64,000 nt of DNA from the human T2T-CHM13v2.0 reference genome, Homo sapiens: NCBI RefSeq assembly GCF_009914755.1, contig NC_060948.1; one strand, written 5' to 3'. Made by a program: the position numbers and the translations under genes. The notes beneath the pieces are model-generated. The model saw nothing but the letters and a program-made list of their open reading frames with translations, had not been told where the DNA came from and made no database searches. Below, piece after piece: positions 28,366 to 42,565 of the stretch (positions are counted from its first letter, which is position 1; every line of letters starts with the position of its first letter).

Positions 28366-31300
28366 ATGGAATCGAATGGAAAGGACTCGAATGGAAATCA
28401 CTCGAATAGAATGCAATTTAATAAAATAGGATCAAATGTAATGGAATGGAATGGAAAGGAATCGAAACGAAAGGAATGGAGACAGATGGAATGGAATGGA
28501 ACAGAGAGCAATGGTATAGAATGGAATGGAATCATCTGGAATGGAATTGAATGGAATGGAATAATATGAAATGGAATGGAATGGAATGGAATGGAATGCC
28601 CTTGAATTAAATGGACCGGACTCGAACAGAGTGGAATGGAAAGTGTTGAGATAGAATGGAATGGACTCCTTTGGAATGGTGTAGTATGCAATGCAATCGA
28701 CTGGCAGGGAATCAAAAGGAATGTAATGGAATGGATTGGACTGGAATGCAATGGACTCGAATAGATTGGAAACGGAATGCAAAGGAATAGAATGGAATAG
28801 TATGGAATGGAATGGAAAGGAATGGAGTGGAATAGACTAGAGTGGAATGGAATGGACTGGAAAGCAATGGACTGGAATGGAACTTTCTTGAATGGACTGG
28901 AATCAAACGGAATGGAATGCAATGCAATCAAATGGCATGGAATAAAATAGAATGAAAGAGAATCAAATGGAATTGAATCGAATGGAATCGAATGGATTGG
29001 AAAGGAATAGAATGGAATGGAATGGAATTGACTCAAATGGAATGGACTAGAATGGAATGGATTCGAATGGAAGGCAAAGGAATGGAATCTATTGGAATGG
29101 ACTGTAATGGAATGGAATGGAAGGGATTGGAATGGACTCGAATGGAATGGACTGCAATAGAAAGGACTCGAATGGAATGAAAAAGAATTGAATGGAATAG
29201 AACAGAATGGAATCAAATCGAATGAAATGGAATGGAATAGAAAGGAATGGAATGAAATGGAATGGAAAGGATTCGAATGGAATGCAATCGAATGGAATGG
29301 AATCGAACGGAATGGAATAAAATGGAAGAAAACTGGCAAGAAATGGAATCGAAAGGAATGGAGTGTTATGGAACGGACTCAAAAGGAATTGAATGTAATA
29401 GAATGGAGTGGAGTGGACTCGAATATAATGGACTGGAATGGAATGAAATCACATGGAATGGGAACGAATGGAATGGAATGGAAAGGAATGGAATCGAATG
29501 GAAAGGAATCGAATGGAAGGGAATGAAATTGAATCAACAGGAATGGAAGGGAATAGAATAGACGGTAATGGAATGGACTCGAATAGAATGGACACGAATG
29601 CTCAAATTGAATGGACTCGAATGGAATGGAAACGAAAGGAATGTCATCGAATGGAATTGAATAGATTGGAATGAAATGGCATAGAATGGAGTGGAATCAA
29701 ATGGAATTGAATCGAAAGGAAAGGAAGCGAATGGACTGAAATGAAATGGAATGGAATTGAATGGAAAGTAATGCAATGGAATAGAATGGAACGAAATTTC
29801 ACGGAATGGAATCAAACTGAATGGAATCAAATCAATGGAATCTAATCAAATTTAATGGAAAGAATTGAATGGAATACATTGGATTGGATGGGATTGGAAT
29901 GAAATGTACTGGAAAGGACTCGAATTTCATGAAACGGAATGGAATGAATTGGAACGGAATGGACTCGAATGGAATGGAATGTCATGGAATGGCATCAAAT
30001 TGAATGGCATCAAATGGAATGGAATCGAATGCAATGGAATGCTATGGAATGGAATGGAATGCATTGGAATGGAATGTCCTCTAATGGAATGGATTCGAGT
30101 GGAATGGAATCGAATATAATGGAGTCGAATGAAATGGAATTGAAAGGAATGGGATCGAATACAATGGAATATACTGGAATGTAATGTAATGAACTCGAAT
30201 GTAATTGACTGGAATGGAATGTACATGAATGGAATGTAATCGAATGGAAAGTAATCCAATGGAATAGAATCTAATGCAATAAAATCGACTCAGATAGAGT
30301 AGAATGTAATGGAATGGAGTGCAGTGCAATGCAATTGAATGGAATGGAATGCAATGGAATGGAATGGAATGGAATGGAATGGAATGGAATGGAATGGGAT
30401 GGAATGGTATGGAATGGATAGTAATGGACTGGAGTGAAATGGACTGGAAAGGAATGGACTCAAATTGAAAGGGCTCGAAAGGAATGGAGTCAAATGGAAT
30501 GGTCTGGAATGGAATGAACACGAATGTAATGCAACCCAATAGAATGGAATCGAATGGCATGGAATATAAAGAAATGGAATCGAAGAGAATGGAAACAAAT
30601 GGAATGGAATTGAATGGAATGGGAACGAATGGAGTGAAATTGTATGCAGTAGAAGAGAATAGAATGGAATGCAAGCGAAAGGAAAGGAATGGATTGGAAT
30701 GGAATGGAATTCATTGGAATGGAAGGGAATGTAGTGTAATGGACAGGCCTGGAATAAAGTGGAATGCTACGGTCTCGAATGGAATAAAAATGTATGGAAT
30801 GGAATGCAATGAAACGGAATCGAATGTCATAGAATGTAATGGAATGCAAAAAAATGGAATCCAAAATCATTGACTGGAAAGGCTGGGTGTCGAAAGGAAT
30901 TGACTCCAATGGAATGGAATCGAATGGAATGGAAGTGAATAGAATCGAACTAAATCGAATGGAATGGAATTGATAGGAACGGAATGGAAAGGAATGCAAT
31001 GATTTGGCATGGAATGGAATCGAATGGCATCGAATGGAATGGAATGGAATGCAATGGAATGGAATGTATTAGAATGTAATGAACTTTAATGGAATGTACT
31101 CGAATGGATTCGACTGGAATGGAATGTTCTGGAAGTGAATGGACTCCAATGGAATGGATTCAAAAGGAATGGAATCGTACGGAATGGAATCTAATGGAAT
31201 GGAATTAAATGGAAATGAATCAAATTGAATAGCACGGAATTGAATTGAATGGAATGGAATGCAATGGAATCTAATGAAACGGAAAGGAAAGGAATGGAAT

Positions 31301-31918
31301 GGAATGGAATGGGCTGGAATGGAAAGGAATCGAAACGAATGGAATGGAATCGAAGTGAAGAGACTGGAATGGAATGCACTGGAATGGAAGGGAGTGTAAT
31401 GGAAGGTTCTCGAAAAAAATGGAATCGAATGGAATGGAATTGAATGGAACGGAATAGAGTCGAATGGAATTGAATGGAATGGAATGGACTAGAGTGAAAT
31501 GGAATCGAACCACAAGGAATGGACAGGAATAGAATGGTCTCGAATTGAATGGAATCGTATGGAATGGCATCAAACGGAATGGAATGGACAGCCACGGAAT
31601 GGAATGCACTCGAATGCAATGGAGTCGAAACTAATGGACTGGAATAGAATGGACTCGACTGGTACGGACTCCAATGGAATGGAATCGAATGGAAGGGAAT
31701 CGAACGGAAGGGAATCGAACGGAATGGACTCGAAGGGAAAAGACTGCAATGGAAAGGTCTCGAATGGAATGGAAATTAATGGAATGGAATGGAATCGAAT
31801 GAAATGGAGTCAAAAGTAATGGAATCGAATGGCAAGAAATCGAATGTAATGGAATCGCCAGGAATTGATGTGAACGGAACGGAATGGAATGGAATCCAAA
31901 GGAATGGAATAGAATGGA
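28366..31918. repeat. DYZ1 unit 9 (3553 bp)
   Basis: Anchors 28366/31919. First half shares unit-2 markers (CCGG 28616, GAAATGGCAT, GCAATGCAATTGAAT). Confidence 0.9.
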
Positions 31919-34900
31919 ATGGAATCGAATGGAAAGGACTCGAATGGAAATCACTCGAATAGAATGCAATTTAATAAAATAGGATCAAATGTAATGGAAT
32001 GGAATGGAAAGGAATCGAAACGAAAGGAATGGAGACAGATGGAATGGAATGGAACAGAGAGCAATGGTATAGAATGGAATGGAATCATCTGGAATGGAAT
32101 TGAATTTAATGGAATAATATGAAATGGAATGGAATGGAATGGAATGGAATGCCCTTGAATTAAATGGACTGGAATGGAATGGACTCAAACAGAGTGGAAT
32201 GGAAAGTGTGGAGATAGAATGGAATGAACTCCTTTGGAATGGTGTAGTATGCAATGCAATCGACTGGCAGGGAATCAAAAGGAATGTAATCGAATGGATT
32301 GGACTGGAATGCAATGGACTCGAATAGATTGGAAACGGAATGCAAAGGAATGGAATGGAATAGTATGTAATGCAATGGAAGGGAATGGAGTGGAATAGAC
32401 TAGAGTGGAATGGAATGTACTGGAAAGCAATGGACTGGAATGGAACTTTCTTGGATGGACTGGAATCAAACGGAATGGAATGCAATGCAATCAAATGGCA
32501 TGGAATAAAATAGAATGAAAGAGAATCAAATGGAATTGAATCGAATGGAATCGAATGGATTGGAAAGGAATAGAATGGAATGAAATGGTATTGACTCAAA
32601 TGGAATGGACTAGAATGGAATGGATTCGAATGGAAGGCAAAGGAAAGGAATCTATTGGAATGGACTGTAATGGAATGGAATGGAAGGGATTGGAATGGAC
32701 TCGAATGGAATGGACTGCAATAGAAAGGATTCGAATGGAATGAAAAAGAATTGAATGGAATAGAACAGAATGGAATCAAATCGAATGAAATGGAATGGAA
32801 TAGAAAGGAATGGAATGAAATGGAATGGAAAGGATTCGAATGGAATGCAATCGAATGGAATGGAATCGAACGGAATGGAATAAAATGGAAGAAAACTGGC
32901 AAGAAATGGAATCGAAATGAATGGAGTGTTATGGAACGGACTCAAAAGGAATTGAATGTAACAGAATGGAGTGGAGTGGACTCGAATATAATGGAGTGGA
33001 ATGGAATGAAATCACATGGAATGGGAACGAATGGAATGGAATGGAAAGGAATGGAATCAAATGGAAAGGAATCGAATGGAAGGTAATGAAATTGAATCAA
33101 CAGGAATGGAAGGGAATAGAATAGACTGTAATGGAATGGACTCGAATAGAATGGACACGAATGCTCAAATTAAATGGACTCGAATGGAATGGAAACGAAA
33201 GGAATGTCATCGAATGGAATTGAATCGATTGGAATGAAATCGCATAGAATGGAGTGGAATCAAATGGAATTGAATCGAAAGGAAAGGAAGCGAATGGACT
33301 GAAATGAAATGGAATGGAATTGAATGGAAAGTAATGCAATGGAATAGAATGGAACGAAATTTCACGGAATGGAATCAAACTGAATGGAATCAAATCAATG
33401 GAATCAAATCAAATGGAATGGAAAGGAATTGAATGGAGTAGATGGGATTGGATGGGATTGGAATGAAATGTACTGGAAAGGACTCGAATTTCATGAAACG
33501 GAATGGAATGAATTGGAACGGAATGGACTCGAATGGAATGGAATGTCATGGGATGGCATCAAATGGAATGGCATCAAATGGAATGGAATCGAATGCAATG
33601 GAATGCTATGGAATGGAATGGAATGCATTGGAATGGAATGTCCTCTAATGGAATGGATTCGAGTGGAATGGAATTGAATATAATGGAGTCGAATGAAATG
33701 GAATTGAAAGGAATGGGATCGAATAGAATGGAATATACTGGAATGTAACGTAATGAACTCGAATGTAATTGACTGGAATGGAATGTACATGAATGGAATG
33801 TAATCGAATGGAAAGTAATCCAATGGAATAGAATCTAATGCAATAAAATCGACTCAGATAGAGTAGAATGTAATGGAATGGAGTGCAGTGCAATGGAATG
33901 GAATGGAATGGAATGGAATGGGATGGAATGGTATGGAATGGATAGTAATGGACTGGAGTGAAATGGACTGGAAAGGAATGGACTCAAATTGAAAGGGCTC
34001 GAAAGGAATGGAGTCAAATGGAATGGTCTGGAATGGAATGAACACGAATGTAATGCAACCCAATAGAATGGAATCGAATGGCATGGAATATAAAGAAATG
34101 GAATCGAAGAGAATGGAAACAAATGGAATGGAATTGAATGGAATGGGAACGAATGGAGTGAAATTGTATGCAGTAGAAGAGAATAGAATGGAATGCAAGC
34201 GAAAGGAAAGGAATGGATTGGAATGGAATGGAATTCATTGGAATGGAAGGGAATGTAGTGTAATGGACAGGCCTGGAATAAAGTGGAATGCTACGGTCTC
34301 GAATGGAATAAAAATGTATGGAATGGAATGCAATGAAACGGAATCGAATGTCATAGAATGTAATGGAATGCAAAAAAATGGAATCCAAAATCATTGACTG
34401 GAAAGGCTGGGTGTCGAAAGGAATTGACTCCAATGGAATGGAATCGAATGGAATGGAAGTGAATAGAATCGAACTAAATCGAATGGAATGGAATTGATAG
34501 GAACGGAATGGAAAGGAATGCAATGATTTGGCATGGAATGGAATCGAATGGCATCGAATGGAATGGAATGGAATGCAATGGAATGGAATGTATTAGAATG
34601 TAATGAACTTTAATGGAATGTACTCGAATGGATTCGACTGGAATGGAATGTTCTGGAAGTGAATGGACTCCAATGGAATGGATTCAAAAGGAATGGAATC
34701 GTACGGAATGGAATCTAATGGAATGGAATTAAATGGAAATGAATCAAATTGAATAGCACGGAATTGAATTGAATGGAATGGAATGCAATGGAATCTAATG
34801 AAACGGAAAGGAAAGGAATGGAATGGAATGGGCTGGAATGGAAAGGAATCGAAACGAATGGAATGGAATCGAAGTGAAGAGACTGGAATGGAATGCACTG

Positions 34901-35437
34901 GAATGGAAGGGAGTGTAATGGAAGGTTCTCGAAAAAAATGGAATCGAATGGAATGGAATTGAATGGAACGGAATAGAGTCGAATGGAATTGAATGGAATG
35001 GAATGGACCAGAGTGAAATGGAATGGAACCACAAGGAATGGACAGGAATAGAATGGTCTCGAATTGAATGGAATCGTATGGAATGGCATCAAACGGAATG
35101 GAATGGACAGCCACGGAATGGAATGCACTCGAATGCAATGGAGTCGAAACTAATGGACTGGAATAGAATGGACTCGACTGGTACGGACTCCAATGGAATG
35201 GAATCGAATGGAAGGGAATGGAACGGAAGGGAATCGAACGGAATGGACTCGAAGGGAAAAGACTGCAATGGAAAGGTCTCGAATGGAATGGAAATTAATG
35301 GAATGGAATGGAATCGAATGAAATGGAGTCAAAAGGAATGGAATCGAATGGCAAGAAATCGAATGTAATGGAATCGCCAGGAATTGATGTGAACGGAACG
35401 GAATGGAATGGAATCCAAAGGAATGGAATAGAATGGA
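31919..35437. repeat. DYZ1 unit 10 (3519 bp), dimer member A
   Basis: Anchors 31919/35438. TATGTAATGC, AATGTACTGGAAAGC, GACCAGAGT; shortened pure GGAAT tract. Confidence 0.9.
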
Positions 35438-38400
35438 ATGGAATCGAATGGAAAGGACTCGAATGGAAATCACTCGAATAGAATGCAATTTAATAAAATA
35501 GGATCAAATGTAATGGAATGGAATGGAAAGGAATCGAAACGAAAGGAATGGAGACAGATGGAATGGAATGGAACAGAGAGCAATGGTATAGAATGGAATG
35601 GAATCATCTGGAATGGAATTGAATGGAATGGAATAATATGAAATGGAATGGAATGGAATGGAATGGAATGCCCTTGAATTAAATGGACTGGAATGGAATG
35701 GACTCAAACAGAGTGGAATGGAAAGTGTGGAGATAGAATGGAATGAACTCCTTTGGAATGGTGTAGTATGCAATGCAATCGACTGGCAGGGAATCAAAAG
35801 GAATGTAATCGAATGGATTGGACTGGAATGCAATGGACTCGAATAGATTGGAAACGGAATGCAAAGGAATGGAATGGAATAGTATGGAATGCAATGGAAG
35901 GGAATGGAGTGGAATAGACTAGAGTGGAATGGAATGGACTGGAAAGCAATGGACTGGAATGGAACTTTCTTGGATGGACTGGAATCAAACGGAATGGAAT
36001 GCAATGCAATCAAATGGCATGGAATAAAATAGAATGAAAGAGAATCAAATGGAATTGAATCGAATGGAATCGAATGGATTGGAAAGGAATAGAATGGAAT
36101 GGAATGGTATTGACTCAAATGGAATGGACTAGAATGGAATGGATTCGAATGGAAGGCAAAGGAATGGAATCTATTGGAATGGACTGTAATGGAATGGAAT
36201 GGAAGGGATTGGAATGGACTCGAATGGAATGGACTGCAATAGAAAGGATTCGAATGGAATGAAAAAGAATTGAATGGAATAGAACAGAATGGAATCAAAT
36301 CGAATGAAATGGAATGGAATAGAAAGGAATGGAATGAAATGGAATGGAAAGGATTCGAATGGAATGCAATCGAATGGAATGGAATCGAACGGAATGGAAT
36401 AAAATGGAAGAAAACTGGCAAGAAATGGAATCAAAATGAATGGAGTGTTATGGAACGGACTCAAAAGGAATTGAATGTAACAGAATGGAGTGGAGTGGAC
36501 TCGAATATAATGGAGTGGAATGGAATGAAATCACATGGAATGGGAACGAATGGAATGGAATGGAAAGGAATGGAATCGAATGGAAAGGAATCGAATGGAA
36601 GGTAATGAAATTGAATCAACAGGAATGGAATGGAATAGAATAGACTGTAATGGAATGGACTCGAATAGAATGGACACGAATGCTCAAATTAAATGGACTC
36701 GAATGGAATGGAAACGAAAGGAATGTCATCGAATGGAATTGAATCGATTGGACTGAAATCGCATAGAATGGAGTGGAATCAAATGGAATTGAATCGAAAG
36801 GAAAGGAAGCGAATGGACTGAAATGAAATGGAATGGAATTGAATGGAAAGTAATGCAATGGAATAGAATGGAACGAAATTTCACGGAATGGAATCAAACT
36901 GAATGGAATCAAATCAATGGAATCAAATCAAATGGAATGGAAAGGAATTGAATGGAGTAGATGGGATTGGATGGGATTGGAATGAAATGTACTGGAAAGG
37001 ACTCGAATTTCATGAAACGGAATGGAATGAATTGGAACGGAATGGACTCGAATGGAATGGAATGTCATGGGATGGCATCAAATGGAATGGCATCAAATGG
37101 AATGGAATCGAATGCAATGGAATGCTATGGAATGGAATGGAATGCATTGGAATGGAATGTCCTCTAATGGAATGGATTCGAGTGGAATGGAATTGAATAT
37201 AATGGAGTCGAATGAAATGGAATTGAAAGGAATGGGATCGAATACAATGGAATATACTGGAATCTAACGTAATGAACTCGAATGTAATTGACTGGAATGG
37301 AATGTACATGAATGGAATGTAATCGAATGCAAAGTAATCCAATGGAATAGAATCTAATGCAATAAAATCGACTCAGATAGAGTAGAATGTAATGGAATGG
37401 AGTGCAGTGCAATGGAATGGAATGGAATGGAATGCAATGGAATGGAATGGAATGGAATGGAATGGAATGGAATGGAATGGGATGGAATGGTATGGAATGG
37501 ATAGTAATGGACTGGAGTGAAATGGACTGGAAAGGAATGGACTCAAATTGAAAGGGCTCGAAAGGAATGGAGTCAAATGGAATGGTCTGGAATGGAATGA
37601 ACACGAATGTAATGCAACCCAATAGAATGGAATCGAATGGCATGGAATATAAAGAAATGGAATCGAAGAGAATGGAAACAAATGGAATGGAATTGAATGG
37701 AATGGAATTGAATGGAATGGGAACGAATGGAGTGAAATTGTATGCAGTAGAAGAGAATAGAATGGAATGCAAGCGAAAGGAAAGGAATGGATTGGAATGG
37801 AATGGAATTCATTGGAATGGAAGGGAATGTAGTGTAATGGACAGGCCTGGAATAAAGTGGAATGCTACGGTCTCGAATGGAATAAAAATGTATGGAATGG
37901 AATGCAATGAAACGGAATCGAATGTCATAGAATGTAATGGAATGCAACAAAATGGAATCCAAAATCATTGACTGGAAAGGCTGGGTGTCGAAAGGAATTG
38001 ACTCCAATGGAATGGAATCGAATGGAATGGAAGTGAATAGAATCGAACTAAATCGAATGGAATGGAATTGATAGGAACGGAATGGAAAGGAATGCAATGA
38101 TTTGGCATGGAATGGAATCGAATGGCATCGAATGGAATGGAATGGAATGCAATGGAATGGAATGTATTAGAATGTAATGAACTTTAATGGAATGTACTCG
38201 AATGGATTCGACTGGAATGGAATGTTCTGGAAGTGAATGGACTCCAATGGAATGGATTCAAAAGGAATGGAATCGTACGGAATGGAATCTAATGGAATGG
38301 AATTAAATGGAAATGAATCAAATTGAATAGCACGGAATTGAATTGAATGGAATGGAATGCAATGGAATCTAATGAAACGGAAAGGAAAGGAATGGAATGG

Positions 38401-39001
38401 AATGGAATGGGCTGGAATGGAAAGGAATCGAAACGAATGGAATGGAATCGAAGTGAAGAGACTGGAATGGAATGCACTGGAATGGAAGGGAGTGTAATGG
38501 AAGGTTCTCGAAAAAAATGGAATCGAATGGAATGGAATTGAATGGAACGGAATAGAGTCGAATGGAATTGAATGGAATGGAATGGACTAGAGTGAAATGG
38601 AATCGAACAACAAGGAATGGACAGGAATAGAATGGTCTCGAATTGAATGGAATCGTATGGAATGGCATCAAACGGAATGGAATGGACAGCCACGGAATGG
38701 AATGCACTCGAATGCAATGGAGTCGAAACTAATGGACTGGAATAGAATGGACTCGACTGGTACGGACTCCAATGGAATGGAATCGAATGGAAGGGAATCG
38801 AACGGAATGGACTCGAAGGGAAAAGACTGCAATGGAAAGGTCTCGAATGGAATGGAAATTAATGGAATGGAATGGAATCGAATGAAATGGAGTCAAAAGG
38901 AATGGAATCGAATGGCAAGAAATCGAATGTAATGGAATCGCCAGGAATTGATGTGAACGGAACGGAATGGAATGGAATCCAAAGGAATGGAATAGAATGG
39001 A
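35438..39001. repeat. DYZ1 unit 11 (3564 bp), dimer member B
   Basis: Anchors 35438/39002. GATTGGACTGAAATC, AATCTAACGT, GCAACAAAAT. Confidence 0.9.
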
Positions 39002-42000
39002 ATGGAATCGAATGGAAAGGACTCGAATGGAAATCACTCGAATAGAATGCAATTTAATAAAATAGGATCAAATGTAATGGAATGGAATGGAAAGGAATCG
39101 AAACGAAAGGAATGGAGACAGATGGAATGGAATGGAACAGAGAGCAATGGTATAGAATGGAATGGAATCATCTGGAATGGAATTGAATGGAATGGAATAA
39201 TATGAAATGGAATGGAATGGAATGGAATGGAATGCCCTTGAATTAAATGGACTGGAATGGAATGGACTCAAACAGAGTGGAATGGAAAGTGTGGAGATAG
39301 AATGGAATGAAATCCTTTGGAATGGTGTAGTATGCAATGCAATCGACTGGCAGGGAATCAAAAGGAATGTAATGGAATGGATTGGACTGGAATGCAATGG
39401 ACTCGAATAGATTGGAAACGGAATGCAAAGGAATGGAATGGAATAGTATGTAATGCAATGGAAGGGAATGGAGTGGAATAGACTAGAGTGGAATGGAATG
39501 TACTGGAAAGCAATGGACTGGAATGGAACTTTCTTGGATGGACTGGAATCAAACGGAATGGAATGCAATGCAATCAAATGGCATGGAATAAAATAGAATG
39601 AAAGAGAATCAAATGGAATTGAATCGAATGAAATCGAATGGATTGGAAAGGAATAGAATGGAATGGAATGGTATTGACTCAAATGGAATGGACTAGAATG
39701 GAATGGATTCGAATGGAAGGCAAAGGAAAGGAATCTATTGGAATGGACTGTAATGGAATGGAATGGAAGGGATTGGAATGGACTCGAATGGAATGGACTG
39801 CAATAGAAAGGATTCGAATGGAATGAAAAAGAATTGAATGGAATAGAACAGAATGGAATCAAATCGAATGAAATGGAATGGAATAGAAAGGAATGGAATG
39901 AAATGGAATGGAAAGGATTCGAATGGAATGCAATCGAATGGAATGGAATCGAACGGAATGGAATAAAATGGAAGAAAACTGGCAAGAAATGGAATCGAAA
40001 TGAATGGAGTGTTATGGAACGGACTCAAAAGGAATTGAATGTAACAGAATGGAGTGGAGTGGACTCGAATATAATGGAGTGGAATGGAATGAAATCACAT
40101 GGAATGGGAACGAATGGAATGGAATGGAAAGGAATGGAATCGAATGGAAAGGAATCGAATGGAAGGTAATGAAATTGAATCAACAGGAATGGAAGGGAAT
40201 AGAATAAACTGTAATGGAATGGACTCGAATAGAATGGACACGAATGCTCAAATTAAATGGACTCGAATGGAATGGAAACGAAAGGAATGTCATCGAATGG
40301 AATTGAATCGATTGGAATGAAATCGCATAGAATGGAGTGGAATCAAATGGAATTGAATCGAAAGGAAAGGAAGCGAATGGACTGAAATGAAATGGAATGG
40401 AATTGAATGGAAAGTAATGCAATGGAATAGAATGGAACGAAATTTCACGGAATGGAATCAAACTGAATGGAATCAAATCAATGGAATCAAATCAAATGGA
40501 ATGGAAAGGAATTGAATGGAGTAGATGGGATTGGATGGGATTGGAATGAAATGTACTGGAAAGGACTCGAATTTCATGAAACGGAATGGAATGAATTGGA
40601 ACGGAATGGACTCGAATGGAATGGAATGTCATGGGATGGCATCAAATGGAATGGCATCAAATGGAATGGAATCGAATGCAATGGAATGCTATGGAATGGA
40701 ATGGAATGCATTGGAATGGAATGTCCTCTAATGGAATGGATTCGAGTGGAATGGAATTGAATATAATGGAGTCGAATGAAATGGAATTGAAAGGAATGGG
40801 ATCGAATACAATGGAATATACTGGAATGTAAGGTAATGAACTCGAATGTAATTGACTGGAATGGAATGTACATGAATGGAATGTAATCGAATGGAAAGTA
40901 ATCCAATGGAATAGAATCTAATGCAATAAAATCGACTCAGATAGAGTAGAATGTAATGGAATGGAGTGCAGTGCAATGGAATGGAATGGAATGGAATGCA
41001 ATGGAATGGAATGGAATGGAATGGAATGGAATGGAATGGAATGGAATGGGATGGAATGGTATGGAATGGATAGTAATGGACTGGAGTGAAATGGACTGGA
41101 AAGGAATGGACTCAAATTGAAAGGGCTCGAAAGGAATGGAGTCAAATGGAATGGTCTGGAATGGAATGAACACGAATGTAATGCAACCCAATAGAATGGA
41201 ATCGAATGGCATGGAATATAAAGAAATGGAATCGAAGAGAATGGAAACAAATGGAATGGAATTGAATGGAATGGGAACGAATGGAGTGAAATTGTATGCA
41301 GTAGAAGAGAATAGAATGGAATGCAAGCGAAAGGAAAGGAATGGATTGGAATGGAATGGAATTCATTGGAATGGAAGGGAATGTAGTGTAATGGACAGGC
41401 CTGGAATAAAGTGGAATGCTACGGTCTCGAATGGAATAAAAATGTATGGAATGGAATGCAATGAAACGGAATCGAATGTCATAGAATGTAATGGAATGCA
41501 AAAAAATGGAATCCAAAATCATTGACTGGAAAGGCTGGGTGTCGAAAGGAATTGACTCCAATGGAATGGAATCGAATGGAATGGAAGTGAATAGAATCGA
41601 ACTAAATCGAATGGAATGGAATTGATAGGAACGGAATGGAAAGGAATGCAATGATTTGGCATGGAATGGAATCGAATGGCATCGAATGGAATGGAATGGA
41701 ATGCAATGGAATGGAATGTATTAGAATGTAATGAACTTTAATGGAATGTACTCGAATGGATTCGACTGGAATGGAATGTTCTGGAAGTGAATGGACTCCA
41801 ATGGAATGGATTCAAAAGGAATGGAATCGTACGGAATGGAATCTAATGGAATGGAATTAAATGGAAATGAATCAAATTGAATAGCACGGAATTGAATTGA
41901 ATGGAATGGAATGCAATGGAATCTAATGAAACGGAAAGGAAAGGAATGGAATGGAATGGGCTGGAATGGAAAGGAATCGAAACGAATGGAATGGAATCGA

Positions 42001-42565
42001 AGTGAAGAGACTGGAATGGAATGCACTGGAATGGAAGGGAGTGTAATGGAAGGTTCTCGAAAAAAATGGAATCGAATGGAATGGAATTGAATGGAACGGA
42101 ATAGAGTCGAATGGAATTGAATGGAATGGAATGGACCAGAGTGAAATGGAATCGAACCACAAGGAATGGACAGGAATAGAATGGTCTCGAATTAAATGGA
42201 ATCGTATGGAATGGCATCAAACGGAATGGAATGGACAGCCACGGAATGGAATGCACTCGAATGCAATGGAGTCGAAACTAATGGACTGGAATAGAATGGA
42301 CTCGACTGGTACGGACTCCAATGGAATGGAATCGAATGGAAGGGAATCGAACAGAAGGGAATCGAACGGAATGGACTCGAAGGGAAAAGACTGCAATGGA
42401 AAGGTCTCGAATGGAATGGAAATTAATGGAATGGAATGGAATCGAATGAAATGGAGTCAAAAGGAATGGAATCGAATGGCAAGAAATCGAATGTAATGGA
42501 ATCGCCAGGAATTGATGTGAACGGAACGGAATGGAATGGAATCCAAAGGAATGGAATAGAATGGA
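39002..42565. repeat. DYZ1 unit 12 (3564 bp), dimer member A'
   Basis: Anchors 39002/42566. Same diagnostic variants as unit 10. Confidence 0.9.
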
